Assembly (NCBI GenBank): GCA_951804945.1
Contig: OX638155.1
Coordinates: forward strand, 70,246,001-70,310,000
From: Podarcis cretensis
Lineage: Eukaryota
Length of the DNA: 64,000 nt
Reading direction: 5' to 3'
The notes below the pieces were generated by a model. The model was not told the DNA's origin and ran no database searches. It saw only the letters and a list, made by a program, of their open reading frames with translations. Positions 1-10,102 of this stretch are shown piece by piece; position 1 is the stretch's first letter; each line of letters begins with the position of its first letter. The translations under genes were made by a program, and so were the position numbers.

Positions 1-620
1 AATAAAGTCACTAGTCTACACCACGTCTTGACTCTCAATGGAAGCACAACTCTGGGTGAGGGGGTGGAACACCCCCCCCCGAATTTTGTGCACTGCTTGG
101 CAGAGATTGGCGGTTGGTGTGCCACCTTTGTTACAATACAGCTTGAAAAAATAGTTTGGCACAGAAAGGAAATAAAGATGATTTCAGTATGGGTCAAAGG
201 GAGACGACTACGAAAAGGACCAGGTTTAATCCAAAACTGATCAGCCAGAAGCATTTAAAAAAATAAAAACAACCCCCCAACAAACCTCTAAGAGGTCTTG
301 AAAGAACTATTTAAAAATAAATGTGCTAAATGTGTGGCTAGACACTAAAGATAGTGTGTTATATCCAACTAAGTCATACTAAATAGGCCCACTGAAATCA
401 ATAAATTATGAATCTAGTTTATAGACTCATTTCTATTCTCAGTATGGATTTGTTGGTTATCACCCTAAATCTTTTAATAAGTAGCACAGGTAAGCAGTAA
501 AACAAATTTCATCTGATGAAATGTCTATTAGATACGGAGTTTTATTTCTGCTTTTCCTCCTCTTCAACCCATACTGTCTCACCAAACACCCTCAATAATG
601 CCCGTGCAGTGGTATATTAC

Positions 621-723
621 CTTAGCTTCAACTGCCAGCTGTTTTATGTACAACTTTCTCCTCCGATTCGCATGTCTATCTTGTATAACAATTTCTCGCC
701 AGTTCTTGCTTACTTTCCACATA
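621..723 (-). CDS. FBXO43: FBXO43 F-box C-terminal exon (SMWKVSKNWREIVIQDRHANRRRKLYIKQLAVEAK)
   Basis: tttag|T ATG TGG ... GCT AAG|gtaata; 103 bp; phase matches the upstream exon. Confidence 0.92.
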
Positions 724-3036
724 CTAAAATAAAGAATCGCTATCAGCCACAATTCAAACATTTTGCTAGAATTTAGAATGGGGCTGCTTTGTCCTCAAGG
801 AACCTGATCTGCTTTAATGTCTTCACCAAGAATGAATAAATCAGCTTCAATGATAGCTGCAGCACAGGATCAAAGGGACAAGTGCTCTGAAGCTGATATA
901 CATCAAAGTATAGGGGTATTTACATATATATTGGTCACTTTTAATCATCATACCCTTTGTCACAGAGGGACAGACAATATTATTTTATTTGCTAATGTTT
1001 ACCGTTAATACATAGCATTTTTAAATATTATTTATGCTTCAACCTTGCTATGCTTAATAGTTATATGCCAAATTCCCAAACCTTAATTAATGGAGGAATC
1101 CAAAAGATTTGTCATTTTGTAAAAGCTTATCATAATACAAAAACAGGGTATCCAAATGGGAAAACTGGAGTGAAGTTGTAACTGTAACAAAACATGGAGT
1201 GCTTCAGGTTTATAGCCACTCCCTTCCATTTTTCCTTTTTCCCTGTTTTTCATCCCACACCCCAGGCAGCTAACACCTGTGCCCACTAAGGATGTTCAGT
1301 CTTCTGTGGCCTGCTCTGGGTTTTGCTTAGATTTTTCTCCAAATAATTTTTGTTCTTCTGCAAATTATGATGCTCCCACAAGCCTCATGGCGCCTCCCAT
1401 GTGTGTAGATGGTGCCATTTTGGCTACATAAGCATAAGCACTCAGGTAACTGAATTCACTACTAGTATACAGAATTTCAATTATGTTACACCTGTACAAT
1501 GTCATTAGGGGGCACCCAGTGAAAGTCCCAAAGTTGTTTCTTTTACCTGCATAGGCTTTCCACAGTCAGGATATCTAAAATCAAAGTAAGAACATGTCTT
1601 AAGTCTCTGATTCTTAATTCTGTTAATATATCTAGTTTCTCAATGCCCATTTTCCTGCCAATGAGTTGAGCCACAATACACTTCAGCGCAGATATGTCAG
1701 CTCCATCAATTTTCTTCAGCAGGTCATCTTGTTTTGTTCTTTTACTTCTGTTTTGCATAAATAGCGCACGCACTATCTGCAAAGCAGGGGTTCTTGACAG
1801 ACTGCCAAAATCTGGAGCCATGCATTTGTCATCCTCATGAAAAACCAATTCATTGCTTTCGGTGATAGAGCCAGCTATCTTTAGTATACATTTTGAATGA
1901 GCAACAGTGGTATCACAGTCCTCCTCTTTTTCTGATTGGGAACCACATTCTGAAAGTGTGGATAATCTTCTTGAACGTTGTAGCTTTCTTACATTTCTTT
2001 TAGAGTTTAGAGTGCTAGATGATTCTGTACGTTTTTGAAGTAGTTCTTGGAAAGATCCCTCATGTTCTGACAAGGACTCCTCCGATTTATCTAAACTAAG
2101 TGAATTATAGCTGCTGCTACCAGGGGTTGATAGGCTCAAGTCACTTATTTCTTTAACTGGAGGGGTATTTATTTCAGATATATTAAGACTAAATCCTTCT
2201 ACAAGACTATTGATGGGTGTGATAAATCTATCATCATTTGTCTCAGACAATGTAGAGTTAGGAGTTTCAATCAATTCTGGACAGGTGCTTTGATCATTAA
2301 AACTATTAAGAACATTGTCAATAAAAATATTAGGTGTATTTGTAGATGATTTAGGCTGGATTGGAGATAAACAACCTGGCTCGGACAAGCAGCCACCTTT
2401 AGATTTTGAATCATCTATTGTAGATGTCCTCTGCTGAGAGAAAACAAGTCTGAGTTTCTGACAACCAGAAATAGGGTCCTCACTTTTTAAAGTACTAGTA
2501 GCCAAAGGCTTGTAGCTCTTCTCTCTTGGAGAATCCAAGGCACATTTTGAAATTATTTCATCAAGACTAAGAAAGTGAGCTAAACATGTTTTTTTCTGAC
2601 GGCTCCCTGAAGATACTTGTTTTTCAGAACACCCCAAAGAACCAACAGAAGCTGATTTAGACACAAGCAATCTTCTGCGGAGTGACAAGTCTTTTTTAAC
2701 AACTTTTGGTGTTTCATATAAGTCTGTATGTGTAATTGGTTCCTTTCTTTCAGATAAAAAGGTAACATTTTCATGGTCAATGGGAGACAATGAAGTGCTT
2801 AAACTAGAATGTGCATGTTTTGAATATTCAGGCAGGCCTGTTTCATTCTGTTCGCCTTTATGTTCTGCATCATTATAATCAAAGCTTGGGTCTTTTAATG
2901 ATCCATTGTATCCACTGTCATGAAATATGGAAGGGGAGCAAGAATCTTTAAAGCTGAAGTATCTTGCACTGTTGCCGGGAGAGGTCAGTCTGCCTCTTTT
3001 AAGAATACTGGATAGAATTGAGTGGCTTTCTGACAT
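621..3036 (-). CDS. FBXO43: F-box only protein 43 (EMI2/XErp1, meiotic APC/C inhibitor); partial, C-terminal ZBR/RL-tail exons lie left of the window
   Basis: Exons 3036..1547 and 723..621 join in phase (TGC AG|T ATG TGG). Motifs DSGYNGS, QQRTSTIDD, RRLSTL..SQSE, EGSFQELLQK and F-box LIGRKMGIEKLDILTEL...WKVSKNWREIV match EMI2; synteny with POLR2K. Confidence 0.95.
1547..3036 (-). CDS. FBXO43: FBXO43 large coding exon (exon begins at 3060; ATG at 3036)
   Basis: 497-aa ORF; acceptor ttacag|ATC at 3060/3061; donor GCAG|gtaaaa at 1547/1546. Confidence 0.93.
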
Positions 3037-4210
3037 CTTGTGCTTGGAACTGGTTATGATCTGTAAAGTGGAAACAGCATTTTACAATTAATAACATCAT
3101 ACCTGGAATCTCTGGGTACCAAACAAAACACTTACAGGAAGCTATTTCATCAGAGAAGGAAGCCAGTCACCACAGCTGAATGCTGATAGAATGAGGATTG
3201 CCTATGTACCTATTATAAAGTTATAGGAAAAATGCTCCACTATGTTCGTAGTAAGAGGTCACTTAAGTTATCATTTACCATTCAGTTGCCTCCTTTAAAA
3301 ATATCATGACATTACATATTCACAAATAAGGGTTATAGTTTTTCAAAAAGCTCGTATTGAAGTAACTGGAAGCCCCCGCCATGCAATCTTAACCATATCT
3401 AATCAGAAGTCCTATTTAATTTAATGGGGCTTCCCCCTCTGGTAAGTACAGTTAGGAACGCAGTCACAGCCTTCATTTGAGTGATATGGCTTAGTAACCT
3501 TGCATATATAGACAGAGCAAAACAAAAATCTGTCTTATCAATAAGCAGTAAATTGTTGTACTGCAAATAGCATGAGGGGCATTAGAGAGATTTCGGATTA
3601 TGCTCCTATGTGGTATAAAGGCTCTCCTTAACCACAAGCAAATGTGTCTTGATTTTTATAGCAGTCAGTTAGTAAAAATGATTTTAAACATTAGCTTAAA
3701 TTGGTCTCTGTTCTTAGTGATTTAAAATCAATCCACTCCGGGGGTGGTGCATTCTGTTTTGCTGCTTGCTGCTGCCTCACCATACCACACTTACCTGTGT
3801 TGTGCAGCGGCACCCACAAAGCACCAGCAGCAGGGCTGGCTTCCATGAGATCTCGTGAGATTTCGGAGAGATCTCATTGGATACCGGCACCACTGCCAGT
3901 GGAGGCAGAGAGACAGGCAGTGGAGGAGAGGTGGGTGCTGCCTATTGGTATTCTGCCGCTCAAAGTGGGCACCTCACCTTGCCTCGCCTGAAACACTCCG
4001 CACTCTCCCTAAGGCTTGCTAGTCTAATGGAATTGTTCGTTTTATTTAAACCGCTGACTCTCATGAAAGATCACAAATTATTTTTGCAAATCCACTCAGT
4101 CTTACAAGTGGTTTGCCATGCACCTTTCAGGAGCTGTTCAAAAAACAAACAAATCCCGTTCTCGTGGTATAATAGAACTAGCTGCTCAGTTCTTTGGATC
4201 CTGGCCAGTA

Positions 4211-4484
4211 CAGTGGTACCTCGGTTTAAGTACTTAATTCGTTCCGGAGGTCCGTTCTTAACCTGAAACTATTCTTAACCTAAAGCACCACTTTAGCTAA
4301 TGGGGCTTCCTGCTGCTGCCGCGCCACCGGAGCACGATTTCTGTTCTCATCCTGAAGCAAAGTTCTTAACCTGAGGTAGTATTTCTGGGTTAGCAGAGTC
4401 TGTAACCTGAAGAGTATGTAACCTGAAGCGCATGTAACCTGAAGCGCATGTAACCTGAAGTGTAAGTAACCTGAGGTACCACTG
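4211..4484. mobile_element. Tc1/mariner-type MITE
   Basis: TIR CAGTGGTACCTC...GAGGTACCACTG with TA on both sides; internal tandem TAACCTGAAG units. Confidence 0.88.
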
Positions 4485-6263
4485 TATTTGCAATGACTCT
4501 TCAACAAACTAAGATTTTGTACTTACCCTGATGGAGTCACAAGGAGGCTGAAGTTAAATAAATACTCCACAACTGTATAGGCATCACCTAAGATGCTGAG
4601 GGACAAAAACATTTGCTATTACAAAACATAGCATAGCTTTCTTAGACTTTAGTATATGGTGGGCCAAAGTTTCTTATGATTGTATGAGAATCACAGGTTG
4701 TGCAGAACACAGCAACCTATCCCATGATAGTTTATCAGCTGACAGTATAAATGAGGTCTCCCAAGTCCTGCACTGCCTTCCAATTATAATCCAAGGTAGA
4801 TACATAATCCAAGGTAATACAGTCTTAAAATGCATTTGTAATGCAGTTACTACCTCCACCCTCCAGTTAAGTTTGTACTGTGTGCTTGGGATAACATTTC
4901 ATGTGTTTGATGAAGTGGACTCTACAAAGGTATTGTGAATTATAAATGTTTCACTCTTTAAGGCACAAGACTAACACAACAACGCAGAGAACAAACTGAC
5001 ATTTTTAGTGTCTTGTAAAAAAAAAAAAGAGGATTAAGTAGCTGAGTTTTTAGCTTAAAGACAGCTGAAGGAACATGACACAGGATTATAAAAACCATGA
5101 ACAATATAAAGAAAGTAACTAGAAGTGTTATTCACGCTCTCAACACAGGAGAACCAAGAGTCATCTAACAAAACGGATTGTTCTGAACTTGCTACTAGGG
5201 AGATGGAAGTACTTCAAACAATACAAACGTTTACCTAGAGAATCAACTGTCACAGTTGTTGCTATAGCCACTTGCACAGATGGCTTTAGGGTTGTCAAAT
5301 CACAACCCGGAGGTTTCACCTGTACTTTTAATCTAACACTGAATCAAAGGACTAGGTTAATTTCTCTCTCCCCATTTCCCTGTCTTTTTGCTTGTGTCTT
5401 GTCCCTCTGTGGTAGTAAGCACTCCTGATCAGCTGCAAATCATGCATGATTAGTCTCATTCAGTGGTAGACTTAAAAGTACAGAGGAGCTTTTCAAACGA
5501 GACCTGGAAAGTGGAAACTGACTATTTTTTAAAGGCTTAGATATATACACACTGTTTATTGCTTAGGAAAATTGCAAAATGGAACCTCCGTTGGTGGCAA
5601 GTTGTAATTACCAGCTATCTGGAGAAAACAGGAAATTATCACCTGTATACAAGATACCAGTGTCATCTTCCTCACTTGCTTGGAAGATGTTTAGAATTTA
5701 GAACTATGATCCTCTGCTTTAAGTAAGTAAGAAAAGAAACAGTTATTAGTATAAATGCAGAGCCAGTAGAAGACACATGTGTGTTTCTGGAAACAACTAG
5801 GTTGGGATCATAATTTCTTAAGGCACCATCCACAGTATGCTCTAATTAAGTGGCCTACAAATTAATGCAAAAAAGAATAATTGTGCCTAAAAACAAAACT
5901 ACAAATGTAAAGTCTTAACTTTATAGCTTTCTCTATAGTGCCTTTTTAAAATACTGAATATAAAACACTGTTTGTCAATGTGTCTGTTTTAAGCAAGAGC
6001 ATTAGAAAAGCAGGATTTTCTAGTGCAAATGTGTGTTTTCTTCACCCTCATCATTTCATCACCTATACCACAGTAACAGTACAATCCTACAGGTGTCTAC
6101 TCAGAAGTAACTCCCATTGTTATTCCCAGATAATTGTGTACAGCCTCTACAGAACACTTTCTCTTCCAGCTAGGATTTCATTAACTCCATCATTCAGGTC
6201 TGATTTAGGGGAGAACAGTGGCTGTGTGAGATCTCCCTCAAAACACACAACAGCCCTACTTAC

Positions 6264-6338
6264 CTTGTGAATTTGAAAGGCAGGAGCCCGCTTCTCATGA
6301 AGGTTTCCTTATTGTTAAAATCAGAATACCTTTTTAAC
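6264..6338 (-). other. FBXO43: Candidate 5' UTR exon of FBXO43
   Basis: Pyrimidine-rich acceptor (ttccctcctccccag|) and strong donor AAG|gtaagt, lying between the CpG-rich region and the coding exon. Confidence 0.45.
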
Positions 6339-6639
6339 CTGGGGAGGAGGGAACGGTGAAATGGAGGAAAGGCATCCAAGGTTGAAAAAAGGAAACAGAA
6401 CAAGCCAAGCACTCTACCAAACATACAATCTTAATCGTGAAACTGATAGATATGGTTAGAGTCAAAGTATGTTCAAATAAATGGATTAGCATTAGAGTTA
6501 ATTAACTGTACTGTTTTCTTTTAGTAAATAACAGGGACAGAAACGGGACTTTGAGGGGTTCAGTCACCTTGAGTGCAAAACACCACCAGCTGCAGTTCCA
6601 CACACCCCAAATCCTCGCACAAATCAATGGAGACGGTGA

Positions 6640-7215
6640 AAAGGGCGCTGCTCCCACATGTGGAGCAAGAGATGGGTGCGGGGCGGCGGCTGGAAAGAGT
6701 GATTAAAGAGGGCTTTTAAAAGGGAACGAATTCGCACCCATCCTAAGAACTGGCAGGGGCTGCGCGCAAGATCTATGCAGAAAGAGCACGGCTCTCTGCC
6801 TGTTGGGGAAAAAGCAGCAGCAGCAGCAGCAGCAGCTCTGGGCTTCCCCCGCTCCAGCTCGCCTCAGCCCCAGAGCGTTGCCCTAAGCGAGAAAGAGAAA
6901 CGCCTCCCGCTGCACTGCCCGCGTGCGCCTGCCGTGGTTTTCCCTCGCTCAGTTTTGAACTACCCGCCTTTTCCCAACTGCTGCAGCTTCTCTCCTCCGC
7001 TCCCTCTTCCTCCGCGTTGCTTCCTAGGAGAGGAGCTGAAAACGGACGCCACGCGCAAGACCGGCAGAGAGAGGGAGGGAGAGAAGCAGAGGGGAGAAGT
7101 TGCAGTTGTGCACTAATTGCAAAGGACAGAAAGTTTTGTGAACTGAGGCTGGGCAAGGAGCAAGTTGCAGAGCTTTTCTCTGCTAGCTAACACGCGTCGT
7201 TGCGTGTGCATTTTT
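6640..7215 (-). promoter_or_regulatory. CpG-rich region, probable FBXO43 promoter/first exon
   Basis: Local GC and CpG enrichment upstream of FBXO43; contains a (GCA)n run near 6813-6836. Confidence 0.55.
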
Positions 7216-7809
7216 ATAACCTGGGGGCGTGTGAAGGAGGGCTGTCAATTTCCTATAGTTGACCTCCTTACCCCATGACCCACTTCCTTTCACAAGAACT
7301 GGATTTCTCTGACGTCTTCGGTGTTTTTCAACCACACATGAACACATTTTATACTTTATATTAATTGAGGTGGATGTACACATTCTCTCACCCCTTCCCT
7401 ATAGTAGATTAGAATTTCCACTTCCCGTCCCCCCTATTAAGGAGAAGAGAAATGTCATCTTTCACAGCAGACAGAACTAATGTTAAGAATGAGCCAGGAA
7501 ATCCAAGCTCCAAATCCTGCAAGGGCCACAAATTGCAGTTCCCTCACTCCACCTGCAATGTTGACTAGTGTTGACTAAGTGTAGTGAGGGCTAGCTGTGA
7601 GTGTATTTTTTAATTATAAGGTTTTTTTAAAGTGTATTTTAAATGGCAATCTGCCCTGGGACTTTAGGGTGAAGGGCAATCAATACATTAAAAATTAAAA
7701 TAATAATAAATATTATTACAAAACATTGCAAGATAATGGAAGTGAATTACTTTGAACAGTAATAAACGGAAATCTGCCCTTATCCCCTTATGGGGTACAC
7801 AAGAGCCCT

Positions 7810-8222
7810 TGTAGAGTCCTTTGCAGGTTCTCCATCGGTTGGAAAAAATAACAGAGACCAACCAGAGAATACTGAGAAGCAAAGCAGTTAGTAAGCCTGA
7901 TCTTTATTGATCTGTTGCAACAGGGTGCTCCCCTCACACACAAGAAAGGAGGAGGACCCAGAACCCAGCTGTGTCCGCCCTTATATAGACATTTTAAATT
8001 GCCCGCCCTGGAGTTCAAGACCACCCACAGAAACATCATAAATACATCACAGAATAGGTGGTCTACAGCAGAAATCTGAGTGTGTTTTTTTATCTCCTGT
8101 TGTTGTTCATCTCCTGTCTGGCAGGTTACCTTTAATGCTTACTTGATTGGATACCCTGGGGAGCCAGGCCAGTCTTTTGTAATGATAAATATTTAGTTCC
8201 TGAGCCAGGTCACAGGCTCACA
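7810..8222 (-). mobile_element. Candidate solo LTR
   Basis: TG...CA ends with imperfect inverted termini and CCCT flanking both ends; minus-strand TATA (7981-7988) upstream of AATAAA (7903-7908). The right boundary could extend to about 8360. Confidence 0.45.
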
Positions 8223-8591
8223 CCCTATTCATATCTTAAATGTACCCTTAAGACAGGATTTGTGAGAAAAGAGCCAATGGGGAGGTTTCCCACTTTGACC
8301 TTGCAGAGAAATATTTGAGGTCAATTTGTTCAGGACTTTTTTCTGTGGGGTTTCAGACATGTGGTTTATATATTTATGTATATGTTTATGAACAGAACAG
8401 TCTAAAATATTACTGTATACTACTTAAAAGCTTAGTAGTCGTATTCTTACTACTTGCTTCTCTGTTTTTGGGTTGCTCCTACTGTATTTGGTTTACTCCT
8501 AGCAAGTCTAATTGTGTGTATAACTACTAAGAAACAAGTCTTACTACGTTCAGTGGGGCTTACAGGAAAGTGTTTATTATAGCCTTAAGGG

Positions 8592-8738
8592 CAGTGGCAT
8601 AGCGTGGGGGGTGCAGGTGGGGCCGGCCGCACCGGGTGCAACATCTGGGGGTTAGGGTTAAGGGGTGCAAATCCACGGGTTAGGGGGCGCAAATTACTTG
8701 CCTTGCCCCAGGTGCTGACAACCCACGCTACGCCACTG
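8592..8738. mobile_element. hAT-type MITE
   Basis: TIR CAGTGGC(A/G)TAGCGTGGG; perfect 8-bp TSD CTTAAGGG. Confidence 0.88.
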
Positions 8739-9171
8739 CTTAAGGGCACCCAACCTATCTGAAAGATACAGAACTAATTTGCATTAAAAGACACCTTGTG
8801 ACAAGACATGCTGCCTCCTCTCTTTTTCTTGATGGGGGTGGGAATTGGCGTGGCTACTTGACGTGAGAAAAATACACGTGGCAAACGCTCAGATCCATTT
8901 TTAATCATAACCAGCCTATAAACTTTAAGAGAGAAAAAAGGAGGGGGTTGGAAGTAGACTACAGTAGGTGACACAACCCCTAATATAGATTTTGGGTCTG
9001 AGCTTTGAGTCACAGTTCGAGTTTTACCTATGATAAATGTTCAAAACGTACGTTGCAGTGCAGTGTAATACTGGAAGCTAATATACTGAAGTTAAAACCT
9101 GAACAAGTTGTTATAAGAAAAACCTGCTCCTTTGAATTCCTATAACAAAGTATTTGCTGAGCAAACCATTA

Positions 9172-9264
9172 AGAGCGCAATCCTAAAACATGTCTACTCA
9201 GAAGTAAGTCCCACTGAATTCAATGGGATTTACTCCCAGGTAAAAGCGATTAGGATTGCAGCCT
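9172..9264. repeat. Short palindromic MITE-like repeat (GCAATCCTA...TAGGATTGC)
   Basis: Hairpin-like structure; degraded relatives near 3380, 6075, 14620, 18990, 56825 and 61620. Confidence 0.6.
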
Positions 9265-9329
9265 CTTAGTTTACTGAGTAATTAGGAAAGATTATAAAGC
9301 GCTAAATGGGGTTGCAACCCAGCTCTTTA

Positions 9330-9513
9330 ACAACACGCCTGAACTAACGGGGCGGGGATTTGCGGGCTTGTTGTGTGTGCTTCTTACGTCATCAGCCTGC
9401 GCCCAAGAGTAGTGCTCATTAGGCTGCGCCCTAGAGCCGTGCATGGGAGATACGAACTGGTAACGGAGCTGGTTTTTAAAAACCTGCTTTGGGGGGATTG
9501 TTTCTGTTGAAAG
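9330..9513 (+). promoter_or_regulatory. POLR2K promoter and probable non-coding exon 1
   Basis: CpG-rich; GC box GGGGCGGGG near 9348-9357; CRE/ATF-like TTACGTCA 9383-9390; candidate donor AAG|gtgaga at 9513/9514. Confidence 0.55.
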
Positions 9514-9862
9514 GTGAGATGATAAATTCCCTAATCAGGTCCTTCCCCAAAAGTTGTAGCTCATTCGTGCCTTCCAGGGTGAGACTATAGATCGACCCTC
9601 GAGGGTTGAGTCATGAGTTGGGGGAGCGGGTAAATAATGTAGCGTCTTCCTCGTGTCGCGTGCTCTTTTGGCAATACTCTTGCTTGGTTTAAAAAGTAAA
9701 AAATCGGCGTAATAAAGAAATCGGGTAGAAACCTTCCCTTTTCCAGCCTGTAACACCATCACCCGATTTTATTTAACAACAAGCCTGAAGTGGACTTGTA
9801 AGAGAACTATGCGTAGGAAACTCATAACAGATGTGCATGATTTGTCTTTTTACTGACAGAAT

Positions 9863-9923
9863 ATGGACACCCAGAAAGACGCTCCTCCTCCAAAGCAGCA
9901 ACCTATGATATACATCTGTGGAG
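9863..9923 (+). CDS. POLR2K: POLR2K coding exon 1
   Basis: gacag|AATATG...TGT GGA G|gtaaga. Confidence 0.95.
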
Positions 9924-10055
9924 GTAAGATTATTTAATGCCTAACTGTTAGGAGTTGTGTGATGTATAGCCTCTTGGTAAGGTGACTGTGCCACCGAGTG
10001 TTGCTGAAATTGAGTTTTATCTCACGTTCTGAGGGAAGGATGATGTTGTGACACA

Positions 10056-10102
<47 letters not shown>

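Noticed and set aside
1-136. Possible LTR 3' end (AATAAA ... TTACA); similar LTR-like stretches near 23380-23620 and 26520-26760
   Set aside because: Termini and TSDs could not be established by eye, and the first is cut by the window edge.
6773-7156. Overlapping 113-127 aa ORFs with poly-Ala/poly-Leu
   Set aside because: By-products of a GC-rich promoter region and a (GCA)n repeat; no recognisable domain.
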